Shown here: positions 37,805 through 49,263 of the stretch, piece by piece
Position numbering within the stretch: the stretch's first letter is position 1
Layout: every line of letters starts with the position of its first letter
Assembly: GCA_020833005.1 (NCBI GenBank)
Contig: JAJHRD010000002.1
Coordinates: 70,287-134,286 of the forward strand
DNA: 64,000 nucleotides
Source: Thermoproteota archaeon
GTDB taxonomy: Archaea > Thermoproteota > Methanomethylicia > Culexarchaeales > Culexarchaeaceae
Reading direction: 5' to 3'
Notes under the pieces: generated by a model
Databases searched by the model: none
What the model saw: only the letters and a program-made list of their open reading frames with translations
Told to the model about the DNA's origin: nothing
Made by a program: the position numbers and the translations under genes

Positions 37805-40462
37805 ATGGAAAGCGTAGTTGAAACGTATAAAAAGATAAAATCATTACAATTTGGATTACTATCACCAGACGTTATTAGGAAAATGTCAGTTGCCATAATA
37901 TCCACACCAGACACTTACGATGAAGATGGATGGCCCATAGATGGAGGATTAATGGATAGAAGACTTGGAACCATAGAGCCAAGTCAGAAATGTGCCACAT
38001 GTGGCAATAGAATGGGAGAATGCCCAGGACACTTTGGACATATAGAATTGGCGAGACCAGTAATACATGTTGGATTCGCAAAAATAATACATCAATTGTT
38101 AAGAGCAACATGTAGAAGATGTGGCAGAATACTCTTAACACAAGAGGAAATAAACAATTATAAAAGGATAATCAATGAATACTCAAAACGCTGGCCTGAA
38201 TTGCTAGATGACCTCTATAGAAAGATACTTTCCAAATGCCTCAAGGCGAAGGAATGCCCACATTGCAATGAAGTACAATACAAGATAAAACTGGAAAAGC
38301 CAACAACATACTATGAAGAAACGAAAGAGGGAGTAGTGAGATTATCCCCAATAGAGATAAGAGCAAGACTTGAAAGAATACCAGATGAAGATCTAACCCT
38401 ACTGGGAATAGACCCAAAGAATGCAAGACCAGAATGGATGGTATTAACAGTGCTACCAGTTCCACCAATAGCTGTAAGACCATCAATAACACTGGAATCT
38501 GGAGTTAGATCAGAAGACGATTTAACACATAAATTAGTGGATATTGTACGTATAAATGAACGTTTAAAAGAAAACATAGATGCAGGAGCCCCGCAACTGA
38601 TAATCGAAGATTTATGGGAATTGCTACAGTATCATGTGAACACATACTTTGATAATGAAGTGTCAGGTATACCTCCAGCACGCCACAGATCCGGAAGACC
38701 TCTGAGAACACTAACCCAGAGATTGAAGGGGAAGGAGGGAAGATTTAGAAGTAACCTATCTGGAAAGAGAGTAGACTTTTCAGCTAGAACCGTAATATCA
38801 CCAGATCCAAACATAAGTATAAATGAAGTTGGTGTACCAGAAGAGGTGGCAAAAATACTAACAATACCAGAAAGAGTTACCCCCTGGAATATTGAAGAGT
38901 TAAGGAAACTTGTTTTAAATGGACCCTTCAAGCATCCTGGAGCAAATTACATAATTAGACCAGATGGTAGAAGAATAGATTTGAGATATCCGAAGGATTT
39001 AAGCGCCATAGCAAACAATCTGGCACCAGGATACATAGTTGAAAGACACATTAGAGATGGAGATATAGTGATATTCAATCGCCAACCATCTCTACATAGA
39101 ATGTCGATAATGGCCCATAGGGTAAAAGTTTTGCCATACAAGACGTTTAGGTTAAATCTATGCGTGTGCCCACCATACAATGCAGATTTTGATGGAGACG
39201 AAATGAACCTACACGTACCACAGAGCGAAGAAGCAAGAGCTGAAGCAGCAATACTCATGCTAGTACAAGAACAGATACTATCACCAAGATATGGAGGCCC
39301 AATCATGGGTGCACTGCAAGACTACATAACGGGAGCGTACATGTTAACAAGGAGAGAAACTTTGCTAAATAAAGAAGAAGTCTGCAAATTACTATATGCT
39401 GCAGGATACGATGGCCCACTACCCCCACCAATAATTAAAGAACCAAAGGAAATGTGGTCTGGAAAACAAATTGTAAGCCTATTCTTACCCCCAGACTTAA
39501 ACTTTGAAAAGAAGGCAAACATATGCAATAAGTGTGATGAATGTAAGAAGGAGAAATGTCCATACGATGCATATGTAGTTATAAGGAATGGAAAATTAAT
39601 TTCAGGAGTCTTTGATAAAAAGATAATAGGTGCAGGACAACCGGAAAGCTTACTTCATGAAATCATCAAAAGATATGGTTCAGAAGCCGCTAAAAAGTTC
39701 ATGGACCAAGTTTTCAAACTCTTCCTAGCATACATAGATATGCATGGATTCACTATAAAGCTTGATGATCAAAGCATACCAATTGAAGCTAGGGAAACCA
39801 TAAAGAGTGTACTTAAAAAGGCTGAGGAAGAATCGAAGGAGATTATAAGGGCATACAAGGAGGGAGAGTTGCAGAGACTGCCAGGAAGAACACTTGAAGA
39901 GACATTCGAAATGAAAATGATGGAAGTATTAAGTAATGCAAGAGATACTGCTGGGAAAATAGCTGCAGAATATCTAGGTTTAAACAATAGTGCCGTAATA
40001 ATGGCGAAAACGGGTGCTAGAGGGAACATACTTAACCTAACACAAATGGCAGCCGTCATAGGACAACAATCAGTAAGAGGCGAAAGGATATCACGCGGAT
40101 ATAACAATAGGACACTACCACACTTCAAATGGGGGGATATGGGTGCAGCTGCAAAGGGATTTGTTTACAACTCCTATAAAACAGGATTAAACCCACTGGA
40201 ATTCTTCTTCCACAGCATGGGTGGAAGAGAGGGACTTGTGGACACAGCAGTAAGAACATCGCAAAGCGGGTATATGCAGAGGAGACTTATGAATGCACTA
40301 CAAGATCTAAAAGTAGAATATGATGGAACTGTAAGAAATGCAAGTGGGAAGATAATTCAATTCACATATGGAGAAGATGGGGTGCACCCAGCAAAAAGCT
40401 ATCATGGTAAAGCTGTAGACATTGACAAAATAATAAAAGAAGTTTTAATGGAGGGGAGTTAA
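37805..40462 (+). CDS. rpoA1: DNA-directed RNA polymerase subunit A'
   Basis: 885 aa with Zn motifs (CATCGN...CPGHFGH) and the catalytic [10 protein letters not shown]. Confidence 0.97.
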   Translation: MESVVETYKKIKSLQFGLLSPDVIRKMSVAIISTPDTYDEDGWPIDGGLMDRRLGTIEPSQKCATCGNRMGECPGHFGHIELARPVIHVGFAKIIHQLLRATCRRCGRILLTQEEINNYKRIINEYSKRWPELLDDLYRKILSKCLKAKECPHCNEVQYKIKLEKPTTYYEETKEGVVRLSPIEIRARLERIPDEDLTLLGIDPKNARPEWMVLTVLPVPPIAVRPSITLESGVRSEDDLTHKLVDIVRINERLKENIDAGAPQLIIEDLWELLQYHVNTYFDNEVSGIPPARHRSGRPLRTLTQRLKGKEGRFRSNLSGKRVDFSARTVISPDPNISINEVGVPEEVAKILTIPERVTPWNIEELRKLVLNGPFKHPGANYIIRPDGRRIDLRYPKDLSAIANNLAPGYIVERHIRDGDIVIFNRQPSLHRMSIMAHRVKVLPYKTFRLNLCVCPPYNADFDGDEMNLHVPQSEEARAEAAILMLVQEQILSPRYGGPIMGALQDYITGAYMLTRRETLLNKEEVCKLLYAAGYDGPLPPPIIKEPKEMWSGKQIVSLFLPPDLNFEKKANICNKCDECKKEKCPYDAYVVIRNGKLISGVFDKKIIGAGQPESLLHEIIKRYGSEAAKKFMDQVFKLFLAYIDMHGFTIKLDDQSIPIEARETIKSVLKKAEEESKEIIRAYKEGELQRLPGRTLEETFEMKMMEVLSNARDTAGKIAAEYLGLNNSAVIMAKTGARGNILNLTQMAAVIGQQSVRGERISRGYNNRTLPHFKWGDMGAAAKGFVYNSYKTGLNPLEFFFHSMGGREGLVDTAVRTSQSGYMQRRLMNALQDLKVEYDGTVRNASGKIIQFTYGEDGVHPAKSYHGKAVDIDKIIKEVLMEGS

Positions 40463-41641
40463 ATGGAAACATTAACTAAAGAAGAAATATTTAAAGAGAT
40501 AGATAAATTAAGCAACATACTTCCAGTATCAATAATTGAAGAATTAAAAGTAAAGCTTCAAAACATCAAACTCACAAAGGAAACTTTAAAAAAGATATTA
40601 GATAGGGTTGTAAACGAATATCTCAATTCACTTGTAGAACCAGGAGAACCCGTAGGGGCGGTGGCAGCACAATCCGTAGGTGAACCAAGCACACAAATGA
40701 CCCTCAGAACATTCCACTATGCAGGAGTCAGAGAATTCAATGTAACATTAGGATTACCAAGATTAATAGAAGTATTAGATGCCAGAAGAAACCCATCAAC
40801 ACCAATGATGACAATATACCTAGATGAAGAACACAAGTATGATGAAGAGAAAGCAAAGGAAGTAGCGAGAATGATAGAAACGACATACATTGAAAACATC
40901 ATAAAGAATGTTGAAATAGATTTTGTATCTGCATCAATAACATTATTAATGGATTTAGAAGTAATGAGAGACAAAGGGATAGACATAGAAAACGTAGTCA
41001 ACGTCATTGAAAAAATGAATATAGGAGAAGTAGAGGTGCAAGGAGAAGACAAGATAATCATACATACGAACATATATGAAATAAATAGGTTACAGAAGAT
41101 AAAGAATAGGATAATGAGTACAAAGGTAAAGGGAGTAAAAGGGATAAATCGTGTAATAGTGAGAAAAGAAAAGAACGAATATGTGCTATACACTGAAGGA
41201 TCAAATTTAGCTGCAGTACTTAGGATAAAGGGGGTGGACGCAACTAGAGTTTACACAAACAATATACATGAAATAGAAGAAGTCTTGGGGATAGAGGCTG
41301 CGAGAAATGCCATAATAAAGGAAGCTATGGGAGTTTTAGAGGAACAAGGGTTAGATGTTGATATAAGACATGTAATGTTAATAGCAGACATGATGACTGC
41401 AGATGGAACAATTAAACAAATAGGTAGACATGGCGTAAGTGGGGAAAAACCAAGCGTATTAGCAAGAGCAGCATTCGAAGTAACAATTAACCATCTACTT
41501 GAGGCAAGTGTACGCGGTGAAAAAGACGAACTACTTGGAGTCACGGAAAACGTAATAGTTGGACAAATAGTACCAGTAGGTACTGGGATAGTTCAAATGC
41601 TTATGACTATGAGAAGTGCAAAAAATGAAGGGAAAAATTAA
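40463..41641 (+). CDS. rpoA2: DNA-directed RNA polymerase subunit A''
   Basis: 392 aa with trigger-loop region homology (GEPVGAVAAQSVGEPSTQMTLRTFHYAG). Confidence 0.95.
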   Translation: METLTKEEIFKEIDKLSNILPVSIIEELKVKLQNIKLTKETLKKILDRVVNEYLNSLVEPGEPVGAVAAQSVGEPSTQMTLRTFHYAGVREFNVTLGLPRLIEVLDARRNPSTPMMTIYLDEEHKYDEEKAKEVARMIETTYIENIIKNVEIDFVSASITLLMDLEVMRDKGIDIENVVNVIEKMNIGEVEVQGEDKIIIHTNIYEINRLQKIKNRIMSTKVKGVKGINRVIVRKEKNEYVLYTEGSNLAAVLRIKGVDATRVYTNNIHEIEEVLGIEAARNAIIKEAMGVLEEQGLDVDIRHVMLIADMMTADGTIKQIGRHGVSGEKPSVLARAAFEVTINHLLEASVRGEKDELLGVTENVIVGQIVPVGTGIVQMLMTMRSAKNEGKN

Positions 41642-41707
41642 ATTAACCCTTATGCATTTTAAATATGAAGCCAAAAGTGAACTTGAAGTGCTTGGACGTG
41701 AGAAGCA

Positions 41708-42031
41708 ATGTCAATAAAAATAGAAAAAGAACTTCAAGTAATAGCTAAAACGGGAAAAATGGTGTTTGGATCAAAAAGCGCTATAAAGAATGCCAAACTT
41801 GGAAAGGCAAAAATGATAATAATTTCATCAACAATACCAGAAGACATAAAAGCTGACATACAATACTACTCAAAGCTTTCACGCATACCAGTAATTGAAT
41901 TCAAAGGATCAAGCTGGGATCTTGGAGCAGCATGCGGAAAACCATATATGATATCAGCAATATCAATACTTGACTTCGGAGAATCCGAAATACAAAAATT
42001 GGTGGAAGGTGATGCAAAATCCCAAGCATAA
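41708..42031 (+). CDS. rpl30e: 50S ribosomal protein L30e
   Basis: 107 aa. L7Ae/L30e-fold sequence (GKMVFGSKSAIKNAKLGKAKMIIISS) in its conserved post-rpoA2 position. Confidence 0.9.
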   Translation: MSIKIEKELQVIAKTGKMVFGSKSAIKNAKLGKAKMIIISSTIPEDIKADIQYYSKLSRIPVIEFKGSSWDLGAACGKPYMISAISILDFGESEIQKLVEGDAKSQA

Positions 42032-42033
42032 AA

Positions 42034-42453
42034 TTGACAATAGATGAAATGAATTACATAGCATTATTCGAAAGCGTAACCGGAGCAGTCACAAAGGATT
42101 GCATAATAGATGAAAATAATGATAGGATTATATTCATAGTCAGACAAGGGGATATGGGACTAGCTATAGGCAAAGGAGGGATAAACGTAAAAAGGTTGAA
42201 AAACATATTGAATAAGAACATAGAAGTTGTTGAATATGCGGAAGACCCTGAAACCCTAATTAAACATGCCTTAGCACCAGCAAGGGTAAAAAGTGTAAAA
42301 ATCATGAAAACACCAGACGGCCAAAAGACGGCTTACGTAACAGTTGAACCTCAAGATAAAGGTATAGCCATTGGAAAAGATGGCAAAAATATTTTAAAAG
42401 CAAAATTAATTGCAAAAAGATACTTCGACATAGAGAAGATAGTTATGCTATAA
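42034..42453 (+). CDS. nusA: NusA-like KH-domain transcription termination/antitermination protein
   Basis: 139 aa with two KH GxxG motifs (IGKGGINVKRL; IGKDGKNILKA). The start is TTG 42034 or ATG 42049. Confidence 0.85.
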   Translation: MTIDEMNYIALFESVTGAVTKDCIIDENNDRIIFIVRQGDMGLAIGKGGINVKRLKNILNKNIEVVEYAEDPETLIKHALAPARVKSVKIMKTPDGQKTAYVTVEPQDKGIAIGKDGKNILKAKLIAKRYFDIEKIVML

Positions 42454-42488
42454 GGATTTATAAATTGTGTGGCAACATAATTTAATCC

Positions 42489-43211
42489 ATGAACAATAAT
42501 GCTAATTTCATATCTTCAAAAGCAATCTATAAAGATGTAATATTCGAAGGAAAATGTATAATTCTTGGACAAACAAAAATAGGATCCAACACTATTATAG
42601 GGGAGGGAAGCATAATAGGCTACCCTACAAAAGCCAGCATAAAGGAGCTAATTAAATTAAAAGAGGTAAGCTGGCTAAAATATGACGAGGTAAGTGTAGG
42701 TGCAATTATAGGTGAAAATAGCATAATACGTTCAGGGACAATAATATATGAGCATGTGAGCATCGGAGATAATTTTGAGGGAGGTCATGGAATATTAATA
42801 AGAGAAAATACAACTATAGGGAGAAACGTAAGAATAGGTACCAACACTGTGATAGATGGATATGTAAAAATAGGGAACAACGTAAATATACAAACAGCAG
42901 TATATATACCACCAAAATGTGTAATAGAAGACGATGTATTTATAGCACCAAGAGTTTGCTTTACTAATGATAAGTATCCACCAAGTAAAAGGTTATGTGG
43001 AGTTACCGTTAAAAGGGGGGCTGTTCTCGGAGCAAATTGCACATTAATTTCAGGAATAACTATAGGCGAAAATGCGGTGGTAGCTGCTGGAGCTGTTGTT
43101 ACAAAAGATGTGCCAAGTAACGTTGTTGTAGCAGGGGTACCTGCCAGAATTATTTCAACTAGGAAGGAATTCGATGATAAGAAGAGCATGTGGGAAATTG
43201 AATTTACCTAA
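42489..43211 (+). CDS. Left-handed beta-helix (hexapeptide-repeat) acyl/acetyltransferase
   Basis: 240 aa with many [LIV]-G-x4 hexapeptide repeats ([14 protein letters not shown]...[25 protein letters not shown]...). Confidence 0.75.
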   Translation: MNNNANFISSKAIYKDVIFEGKCIILGQTKIGSNTIIGEGSIIGYPTKASIKELIKLKEVSWLKYDEVSVGAIIGENSIIRSGTIIYEHVSIGDNFEGGHGILIRENTTIGRNVRIGTNTVIDGYVKIGNNVNIQTAVYIPPKCVIEDDVFIAPRVCFTNDKYPPSKRLCGVTVKRGAVLGANCTLISGITIGENAVVAAGAVVTKDVPSNVVVAGVPARIISTRKEFDDKKSMWEIEFT

Positions 43212-43644
43212 CAGGCTTTTGTTTCTTACCTTTCAATAGCGCATCTAAGGATACTCCATTAACCTTTATAACCTTATATCTAACTCCGGGAAGATCACCG
43301 TAAGCCTTCCCCATAGACCCACCTATACCCTCTATAATTACTTCATCGTGCTCTTCAATGAAATTGAGCGACCCATCCTTAGGTAAGAAGGCTGTTACTT
43401 GCTTACCATTCTTTATAAGTTGAACTCTAACGCACTTCCTAACAGCAGAGTTCGGCTGTCTACTCTCTATACCAACCTTTTCAATTACTATCCCCCTAGC
43501 TTGAGGAGCTCCTTCCAGGGGATCTGCTTTAATGTCGAGCATTAACATCCTTCTCTTGTAGTCTCTCTGCTTCCACCTGAACTTTTTCCTCTTAGCCTTA
43601 AGCTTTCTTGCAGCATATAGTCCACGAGGGGATTTTGAACCCAA
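43204..43644 (-). CDS. rps12: 30S ribosomal protein S12 (on the strand opposite to the rpo cluster)
   Basis: 146 aa, TTG start. ...[41 protein letters not shown]... is diagnostic. Its 3' end overlaps the acetyltransferase 3' end by 8 nt. Confidence 0.95.
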   Translation of the reverse strand: MGSKSPRGLYAARKLKAKRKKFRWKQRDYKRRMLMLDIKADPLEGAPQARGIVIEKVGIESRQPNSAVRKCVRVQLIKNGKQVTAFLPKDGSLNFIEEHDEVIIEGIGGSMGKAYGDLPGVRYKVIKVNGVSLDALLKGKKQKPVR

Positions 43645-43739
43645 GATCCCACCTTAAATAACACAACTTTAAATTAATTCACGGAATCTTGCATTTAAAT
43701 ATTTTTCTTAGTGTAAAAAGTGATGTTAGGATTGTTTTA

Positions 43740-44699
43740 TTAAACGTTTTCACATCTATCCTTCAGGTCCTCCCAAACTGCATCCACATATTCCTGCAAC
43801 TTCTTTATTACCCATTGATTTTGTGGAGTGAATAGATGACTGAATCTACCTTGAACTTTAAGGAATTCCTCTATTGGCTTCTTCATTTCTGGATTTTTAG
43901 CTATCATTAAGCTTCTATCAGTTAACCTATATACACCATTATCATACTCCCATAGTGGGAAGTAACATGTTTCAACAGCTTTTCTGCAAATATCAATGGT
44001 TAAAGCCTCGCTATGCCTCCATCCTCTTGGGCATGGTGATAATGCATGTATAAATGTTGGACCATTAACTTCAAGAGCTTTCCTAGCCTTCCTAATTAGA
44101 TCTAGGTAATGTGCAGGAGTCGCTGTGGCAACATATGGCACCTTATGCGCAACAACTATATCTGCTATTGGCTTCTTATTTTCAGATTTACCTGGAATAA
44201 CCTTTCCAGCAGGCGTTGTGGTTGTCGATGCTCCAAGCGGTGTCCCCCCACTTCTCTGAATTCCAGTATTCATGTAAGCTTCATTATCGAGCAGAACATA
44301 TAGGAAATCATGCCCTCTTTCTAATGCCCCACTCAATGCTTGTATCCCTATATCGTAAGTTCCACCATCCCCTGCAAAGGCTATGACATCTATATGATCA
44401 TACTTGCTCCTCCCCTTCTCACGTAGAATTTTTGAGGCTGCTTCTATCCCAGAGGCCACGGCAGCAACGTTTTCAAAAGCCACATGAATCCAAGGAACAT
44501 TCCAAGATGTGTATGGGTAGATTGTGGTTGAAACCTCAAGACAACCTGTGGCTGTTGCCACTATAGTAGGCCCCCTAGTGGCGAGCAAAATTTGCTTAAC
44601 TATTATGGGCTCAGCGCATCCAGCACACAACCTATGACCTGAAAGCAACCCAAGAGGTTTCTTTGCAGCTTCCCTAATATTAAATCTGAATGTACTCAT
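43740..44699 (-). CDS. porB: 2-oxoacid (pyruvate/ketoisovalerate-type):ferredoxin oxidoreductase beta subunit
   Basis: TPP-binding motif (AFAGDGGTYDIGIQALSGA...LDNEAYMNTG) and N-terminal Cys ligands (CAGC). Confidence 0.85.
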   Translation of the reverse strand: MSTFRFNIREAAKKPLGLLSGHRLCAGCAEPIIVKQILLATRGPTIVATATGCLEVSTTIYPYTSWNVPWIHVAFENVAAVASGIEAASKILREKGRSKYDHIDVIAFAGDGGTYDIGIQALSGALERGHDFLYVLLDNEAYMNTGIQRSGGTPLGASTTTTPAGKVIPGKSENKKPIADIVVAHKVPYVATATPAHYLDLIRKARKALEVNGPTFIHALSPCPRGWRHSEALTIDICRKAVETCYFPLWEYDNGVYRLTDRSLMIAKNPEMKKPIEEFLKVQGRFSHLFTPQNQWVIKKLQEYVDAVWEDLKDRCENV

Positions 44700-44700
44700 A

Positions 44701-45912
44701 TCACCTCACCCCCAAGAATTTGACTTCCCCACCTTCCAATTTTGGCAATTCCTCAAACATCTTTTCAATTAAAGCTGGCGGCGTATCTCTGCCTCCCAAG
44801 CCATATATGTAATTGACAATTTTAGGTTTCCTTTTACTATTATAGAATGCTGCTAGAGTTTCAACGAAAACAGGACCTCCTATACCACCATAAGCTCCAC
44901 TTCTATCCATAACACCAATAACTTCAACATCCTTTAAAGCGTCAACAATCTCCCTGTACGGAAATGGTCTAAAAGTTCTGAGCCTAAGCACACCAACCTT
45001 CTTACCTCTACCTCTAAGTTTTTTAACAATACTTCTAACAGTACCAGCCGTAGACCCTAAAACTATAACTGCCAATTCAGCATCATCTAAACCATATCCA
45101 TCTATAAACCCATCACCATACCTTCTACCACTAATACCATAATATTCATCATGGATCTCTCTTATAACAGATCTAGACTTCTCCATAGCTTCATGTTGCT
45201 GAACTTTATGCTCAAAGTAGTAGTCATATAGATCCAGCGAACCAAATGTCAGTGGCTTCTCAGGATCTAAAACCATTGGAACCTTCCCCATCCCTGGAAC
45301 CTCTATCTCCACAGGCTTCCTCACACCAACGAATCTTCTCACAACATCATCCGGAAGCACCTCAACCCTCTGCAATGTATGACTAATCGTGAAACCATCT
45401 ATCGTCACCATCACTGGTAACTGAACATCCTCATGCTCAGCTATCCTGAAGGCTTGAATTATGGTATCGTAGGCTTCTTGAGCATCCTCACAGTACATCT
45501 GTATCCAGCAGGAATCCCTACATCCCATGCTATCACTATGATCACAATGTATATTTATTGGTGCAGACAACGCCCTATTAACGACAGCCATAACTATTGG
45601 AAGCCTAAGCCCAGAAGCTATATATAGTATTTCCCACATTAAAGCCAAACCCTGTGAAGATGTGGCTGTGAAAGTTCTTGCACCTAAAGCTGCAGCACCA
45701 ACGCAAACACTCAATGCTGAATGCTCAGATTCCACTGGAACGAAAGAGCATTTAACCTCACCATCAGCAACAAATTCCGAGAACCTTTCAACTATTATGG
45801 TTTGTGGAGTTATTGGATATGCTGACACAACATCAACATCACATTGCTTAACAGCGAAGGCTATAGCCTCATTACCATTAAGCCCCATAACAATCTTATC
45901 CATCACCCTCAC
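44701..45912 (-). CDS. porA: 2-oxoacid:ferredoxin oxidoreductase alpha subunit
   Basis: 403 aa. GNEAIAFAVKQCDVDVVSAYPITPQT is a typical POR/VOR alpha N-terminus. Confidence 0.85.
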   Translation of the reverse strand: MRVMDKIVMGLNGNEAIAFAVKQCDVDVVSAYPITPQTIIVERFSEFVADGEVKCSFVPVESEHSALSVCVGAAALGARTFTATSSQGLALMWEILYIASGLRLPIVMAVVNRALSAPINIHCDHSDSMGCRDSCWIQMYCEDAQEAYDTIIQAFRIAEHEDVQLPVMVTIDGFTISHTLQRVEVLPDDVVRRFVGVRKPVEIEVPGMGKVPMVLDPEKPLTFGSLDLYDYYFEHKVQQHEAMEKSRSVIREIHDEYYGISGRRYGDGFIDGYGLDDAELAVIVLGSTAGTVRSIVKKLRGRGKKVGVLRLRTFRPFPYREIVDALKDVEVIGVMDRSGAYGGIGGPVFVETLAAFYNSKRKPKIVNYIYGLGGRDTPPALIEKMFEELPKLEGGEVKFLGVR

Positions 45913-46184
45913 CCTCTCACCATACTAATACATTTAACTGGGCATTCATTGGCACATATACCGCACCCCTTACAATAATCATGTTTCTCACGGACTCTCT
46001 CACCATCCCATTCCATAGCCATATCTGGGCAAAGGATCCAGCATATTAAACACTTAGTACACTTAGTTTGATCTATCTTCGGTTTAAATGGAGACCAATC
46101 TCCAGTTTTATTTTCAATGGAAAGCTTCCAAGCAACCCCACCTATGGGTATTTCCCTCCAACTCTTAAGTTCACTCAACTCCAC
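45909..46184 (-). CDS. porD: 2-oxoacid:ferredoxin oxidoreductase delta subunit (2x[4Fe-4S] ferredoxin)
   Basis: CTKCLICWILCP and CKGCGICANECP motifs. The start is uncertain: GTG 46184, TTG 46178 or the track's ATG 46220. All overlap the porG 3' end. Confidence 0.8.
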   Translation of the reverse strand: MELSELKSWREIPIGGVAWKLSIENKTGDWSPFKPKIDQTKCTKCLICWILCPDMAMEWDGERVREKHDYCKGCGICANECPVKCISMVRG

Positions 46185-46737
46185 CCACCCCCCTAGTCTC
46201 AGAATAAGCTCTCTCCACAACTTTAATATTCAATTCAGCAACTTTAGCTGGAAACCTCTCCCTTAAAACCTCTTTAACACTATCTAAACTTACAATCCTA
46301 ACAACTCTAAGGAGACCACCAATCATGGCAGTATTGGTTATTGGTCTCCCCAGAATTTCCAAGGCTATCTCAGTGGCTGGAGTCGTATAAACAGTCTGTC
46401 TACCAGATATCCTCAACATTTTGAGGATATTTTTAGGATCCTCCTTTGAATTAACTATAACCTTCCCCTCACTTTTCAACCCCTCAGTTACATTCAATGA
46501 TTGCAATAAGGAATCATCTAAGACTATGACTACGTCAGGCTCGTAGATATTGCAGTGCAACTCAATAGGCTCATCACTAATCCTTGTGAATGCCATTACA
46601 GGAGCACCCATCCTCTCAGGACCAAATGTTGGAAAGGACTGCACATACTTCCCCTCCTTCAAAGCTGCTTGAGCAAGTATGTTACTTGCAGTCCAAGCGC
46701 CCTGTCCACCCCTACCATACCATACCAGCTCCAACAT
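46171..46737 (-). CDS. porG: 2-oxoacid:ferredoxin oxidoreductase gamma subunit
   Basis: MLELVWYGRGGQGAWTASNILAQAAL is a typical gamma N-terminus. The 47 hydrophobic upstream codons in the track ORF are judged non-coding. Confidence 0.8.
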   Translation of the reverse strand: MLELVWYGRGGQGAWTASNILAQAALKEGKYVQSFPTFGPERMGAPVMAFTRISDEPIELHCNIYEPDVVIVLDDSLLQSLNVTEGLKSEGKVIVNSKEDPKNILKMLRISGRQTVYTTPATEIALEILGRPITNTAMIGGLLRVVRIVSLDSVKEVLRERFPAKVAELNIKVVERAYSETRGVGGVE

Positions 46738-46898
46738 ACCCCTCACACGTAAGTCATGTAAAAACTTATAAGGTGGATTAACATAAACCTTTTTATTCCC
46801 AATACATAAATAGAATAACAATATTAAACAACTGAAGGTACTGACAAAATTTAAATTATAGTTCACACCCTTTTTCATGATGAAAAAGTGGTGGAAAA

Positions 46899-47477
46899 TT
46901 GAGTGCGCAACAAACGGAGATAAAGCTCTTCGACAAGTGGAGTTTCCATGATGTAGAAGTTAAAGATCCAGGGCTGAGAAGGTACATATGTTTAAAGCCA
47001 GTCTACATTCCACATACTGGAGGTAGGCATGAGCATAAGAAATTCGGAAAAGCAGAAGTACCGATAGTTGAAAGATTAATAAATAAATTGATGAGGCCGG
47101 GTAAGAATATGGGTAAGAAGCATCTTGCAACAAACATAGTTAAACAAGCCTTTGAAATAATACATTTAAGCACAGGTGAAAATCCAATACAAGTACTGGT
47201 TAGAGCTATAGAGAATTCAGCTCCAAGAGAAGAGACCACCAGAATAATGTATGGTGGAATAGTTTACCATCAATCAGTGGATGTATCACCACTCAGAAGA
47301 CTAAACTTAGCATTAAAGTTCATAACTGAAGGTGCGAGAAGCGCGGCTTTTGGAAACCCAAAAAGCATAGAAGAAGCTTTGGCTGAAGAGATTATAAAGG
47401 CAGCAAAATCAGATCCATCATCATACGCTATACAGAAGAAGGAGGAAATAGAAAGGATAGCTTTAGCTTCAAGGTAA
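46899..47477 (+). CDS. rps7: 30S ribosomal protein S7
   Basis: 192 aa, TTG start. IKLFDKWSF...[14 protein letters not shown] pattern. Confidence 0.95.
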   Translation: MSAQQTEIKLFDKWSFHDVEVKDPGLRRYICLKPVYIPHTGGRHEHKKFGKAEVPIVERLINKLMRPGKNMGKKHLATNIVKQAFEIIHLSTGENPIQVLVRAIENSAPREETTRIMYGGIVYHQSVDVSPLRRLNLALKFITEGARSAAFGNPKSIEEALAEEIIKAAKSDPSSYAIQKKEEIERIALASR

Positions 47478-47548
47478 ACTTAATTTAAGACCACAAAAAA
47501 CTTAAATATGAAAGTAATTCACTAATTTGCGAGAGAGGAGATTGTAAT

Positions 47549-48844
47549 ATGTCTGAAAAGCCACATCTAAACATTGTGGTAATAGGTCATGTAGACCACG
47601 GTAAAAGCACAACAATGGGACACCTACTATACCTAACGGGAAACATAGATGAACGTACAATGAAGACTTTAGAAGAAGAATCTGAAAAGATGGGTAAAGG
47701 ATCCTTCAAATTCGCATGGGTCATGGATAAATTGAAGGAAGAGAGGGAGAGGGGATTAACAATAGACTTATCCTTCTGGAGATTTGAAACGCCAAAATAC
47801 TACTTCACAATAATCGATGCCCCAGGACATAGAGACTTCGTAAAAAACATGATAACAGGAGCTTCACAAGCAGATGCAGCTATACTAGTGGTATCAGCTA
47901 AGAAAGGGGAGTACGAAGCAGGCATGGGCGCAGCAGGACAAACAAGAGAACATGCATTCCTAGCAAAAACGCTAGGTATAGATCAGCTCGTTGTAGCAAT
48001 AAACAAAATGGATGACCCAACAGTAAACTACAGTAAAGAAAGGTACGAAGAGGTTAAGACTGGAGTAGGTAAATTCCTAAGAATGATAGGATATGATATA
48101 AACAAAATCGATTTCATACCAATATCCGGATGGTATGGAGACAACTTGGTAACAAGAAGTGATAAAATGCCCTGGTATAACGGACCAACACTAGTAGAAG
48201 CATTGGACAAACTCACAGAACCCCCAAGACCAATAGACAAACCATTAAGAATACCAGTACAAGACGTTTACACGATTTCAGGTGTTGGAACAGTACCAGT
48301 AGGCCGCGTTGAAACTGGAGTATTAAAAGTTGGAGACACCGTACTATTCCTACCAGCCAAGAAGAGTGGTGAAGTTAGAAGTATAGAGATGCATCACCAA
48401 CCACTACAAAAGGCAATACCGGGAGACAACATTGGATTCAACGTGAGAGGTATATCAAAGGAGGATATAAGGAGGGGGCATGTATGCTGCCACCCCACAA
48501 ACCCAGTTAAAGTTGCTAAATCATTCATTGGAAGAATATTTGTGTTATACCATCCAACAGCCATAGCCGCAGGGTACACACCAGTCCTACACATACACAC
48601 AGCAACCGTGGCTGTGAGATTCGATCAACTACTAAAGAAGATAGATCCAAGATCTGGTGCAACAATAGAGGAAAATCCATCATTCCTAAAGCAAGGTGAT
48701 GCAGCGATAGTTAAATTCGTACCACTAAAACCAGTATGCATGGAGAAGTATGCAGATATCCCACAACTAGGTAGATTTGCCATAAGAGATATGGGAAGAA
48801 CAATAGCTGCAGGAATAGTAATGGATATAGAAGAAGAGAAGTAA
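47549..48844 (+). CDS. tuf: Translation elongation factor 1-alpha
   Basis: 431 aa with G1-G4 motifs (GHVDHGKST, DAPGH, NKMD). Confidence 0.97.
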   Translation: MSEKPHLNIVVIGHVDHGKSTTMGHLLYLTGNIDERTMKTLEEESEKMGKGSFKFAWVMDKLKEERERGLTIDLSFWRFETPKYYFTIIDAPGHRDFVKNMITGASQADAAILVVSAKKGEYEAGMGAAGQTREHAFLAKTLGIDQLVVAINKMDDPTVNYSKERYEEVKTGVGKFLRMIGYDINKIDFIPISGWYGDNLVTRSDKMPWYNGPTLVEALDKLTEPPRPIDKPLRIPVQDVYTISGVGTVPVGRVETGVLKVGDTVLFLPAKKSGEVRSIEMHHQPLQKAIPGDNIGFNVRGISKEDIRRGHVCCHPTNPVKVAKSFIGRIFVLYHPTAIAAGYTPVLHIHTATVAVRFDQLLKKIDPRSGATIEENPSFLKQGDAAIVKFVPLKPVCMEKYADIPQLGRFAIRDMGRTIAAGIVMDIEEEK

Positions 48845-48866
48845 ACGAAGATAACCAGCGAAATAG

Positions 48867-49184
48867 GTGAAGAAATTGGTTAGAAAAGCGAGGATAAAGC
48901 TTTCCAGCACCAATCACCAAAAATTGATGGAAGTATGTGAGGAAATAAAGAGGATTGCAAAAACCACGGGAGTAAGAATAGCTGGACCAATACCATTACC
49001 AACCAAGAGACTAGTAATACCAGTAATGAGAACTCCCTGCGGAGATGGAACAAAAACTTGGGACAAATATGAAATGAGAATACATAAAAGGATAATAGAT
49101 ATAGATGCCGATGAGAGGACAATGCGCCAAATAATGAGGATAAGAGTTCCACCCGAAGTCAAAATAGAGATTGAATTGACATAA
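48867..49184 (+). CDS. rps10: 30S ribosomal protein S10
   Basis: 105 aa, GTG start. ARIKLSS...[12 protein letters not shown]...[16 protein letters not shown]. Confidence 0.9.
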   Translation: MKKLVRKARIKLSSTNHQKLMEVCEEIKRIAKTTGVRIAGPIPLPTKRLVIPVMRTPCGDGTKTWDKYEMRIHKRIIDIDADERTMRQIMRIRVPPEVKIEIELT

Positions 49185-49211
49185 ATTACGAGGAAATATA
49201 CCCATACCCCC

Positions 49212-49217
49212 TTTTTT
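49212..49217 (+). terminator. Oligo-T tract (T6), candidate archaeal terminator of the S7-EF1alpha-S10 unit
   Basis: cccccTTTTTTaatttt lies 28 nt after the S10 stop. Archaeal termination commonly uses oligo-T. Confidence 0.35.
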
Positions 49218-49263
49218 AATTTTGAATACTTTATTTTGTTAAGGGTTAAATAAAGCATTATGA

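Noticed and set aside
42454-42488. Apparent inverted repeat ggattta...ttaatcc between nusA and the acetyltransferase gene.
   Set aside because: The arms are not truly complementary (ggattta versus ttaatcc gives a mismatch) and are too short and imperfect to call.
46738-46878. N-terminal extensions of track ORFs that would add hydrophobic leaders: porG 46738-46878, hypE 5938-5994, AsnA-like 17673-17801.
   Set aside because: The extensions are AT-rich, Phe/Ile/Leu/Tyr-rich read-through of promoter regions. Canonical family N-termini begin at the internal start codons chosen.
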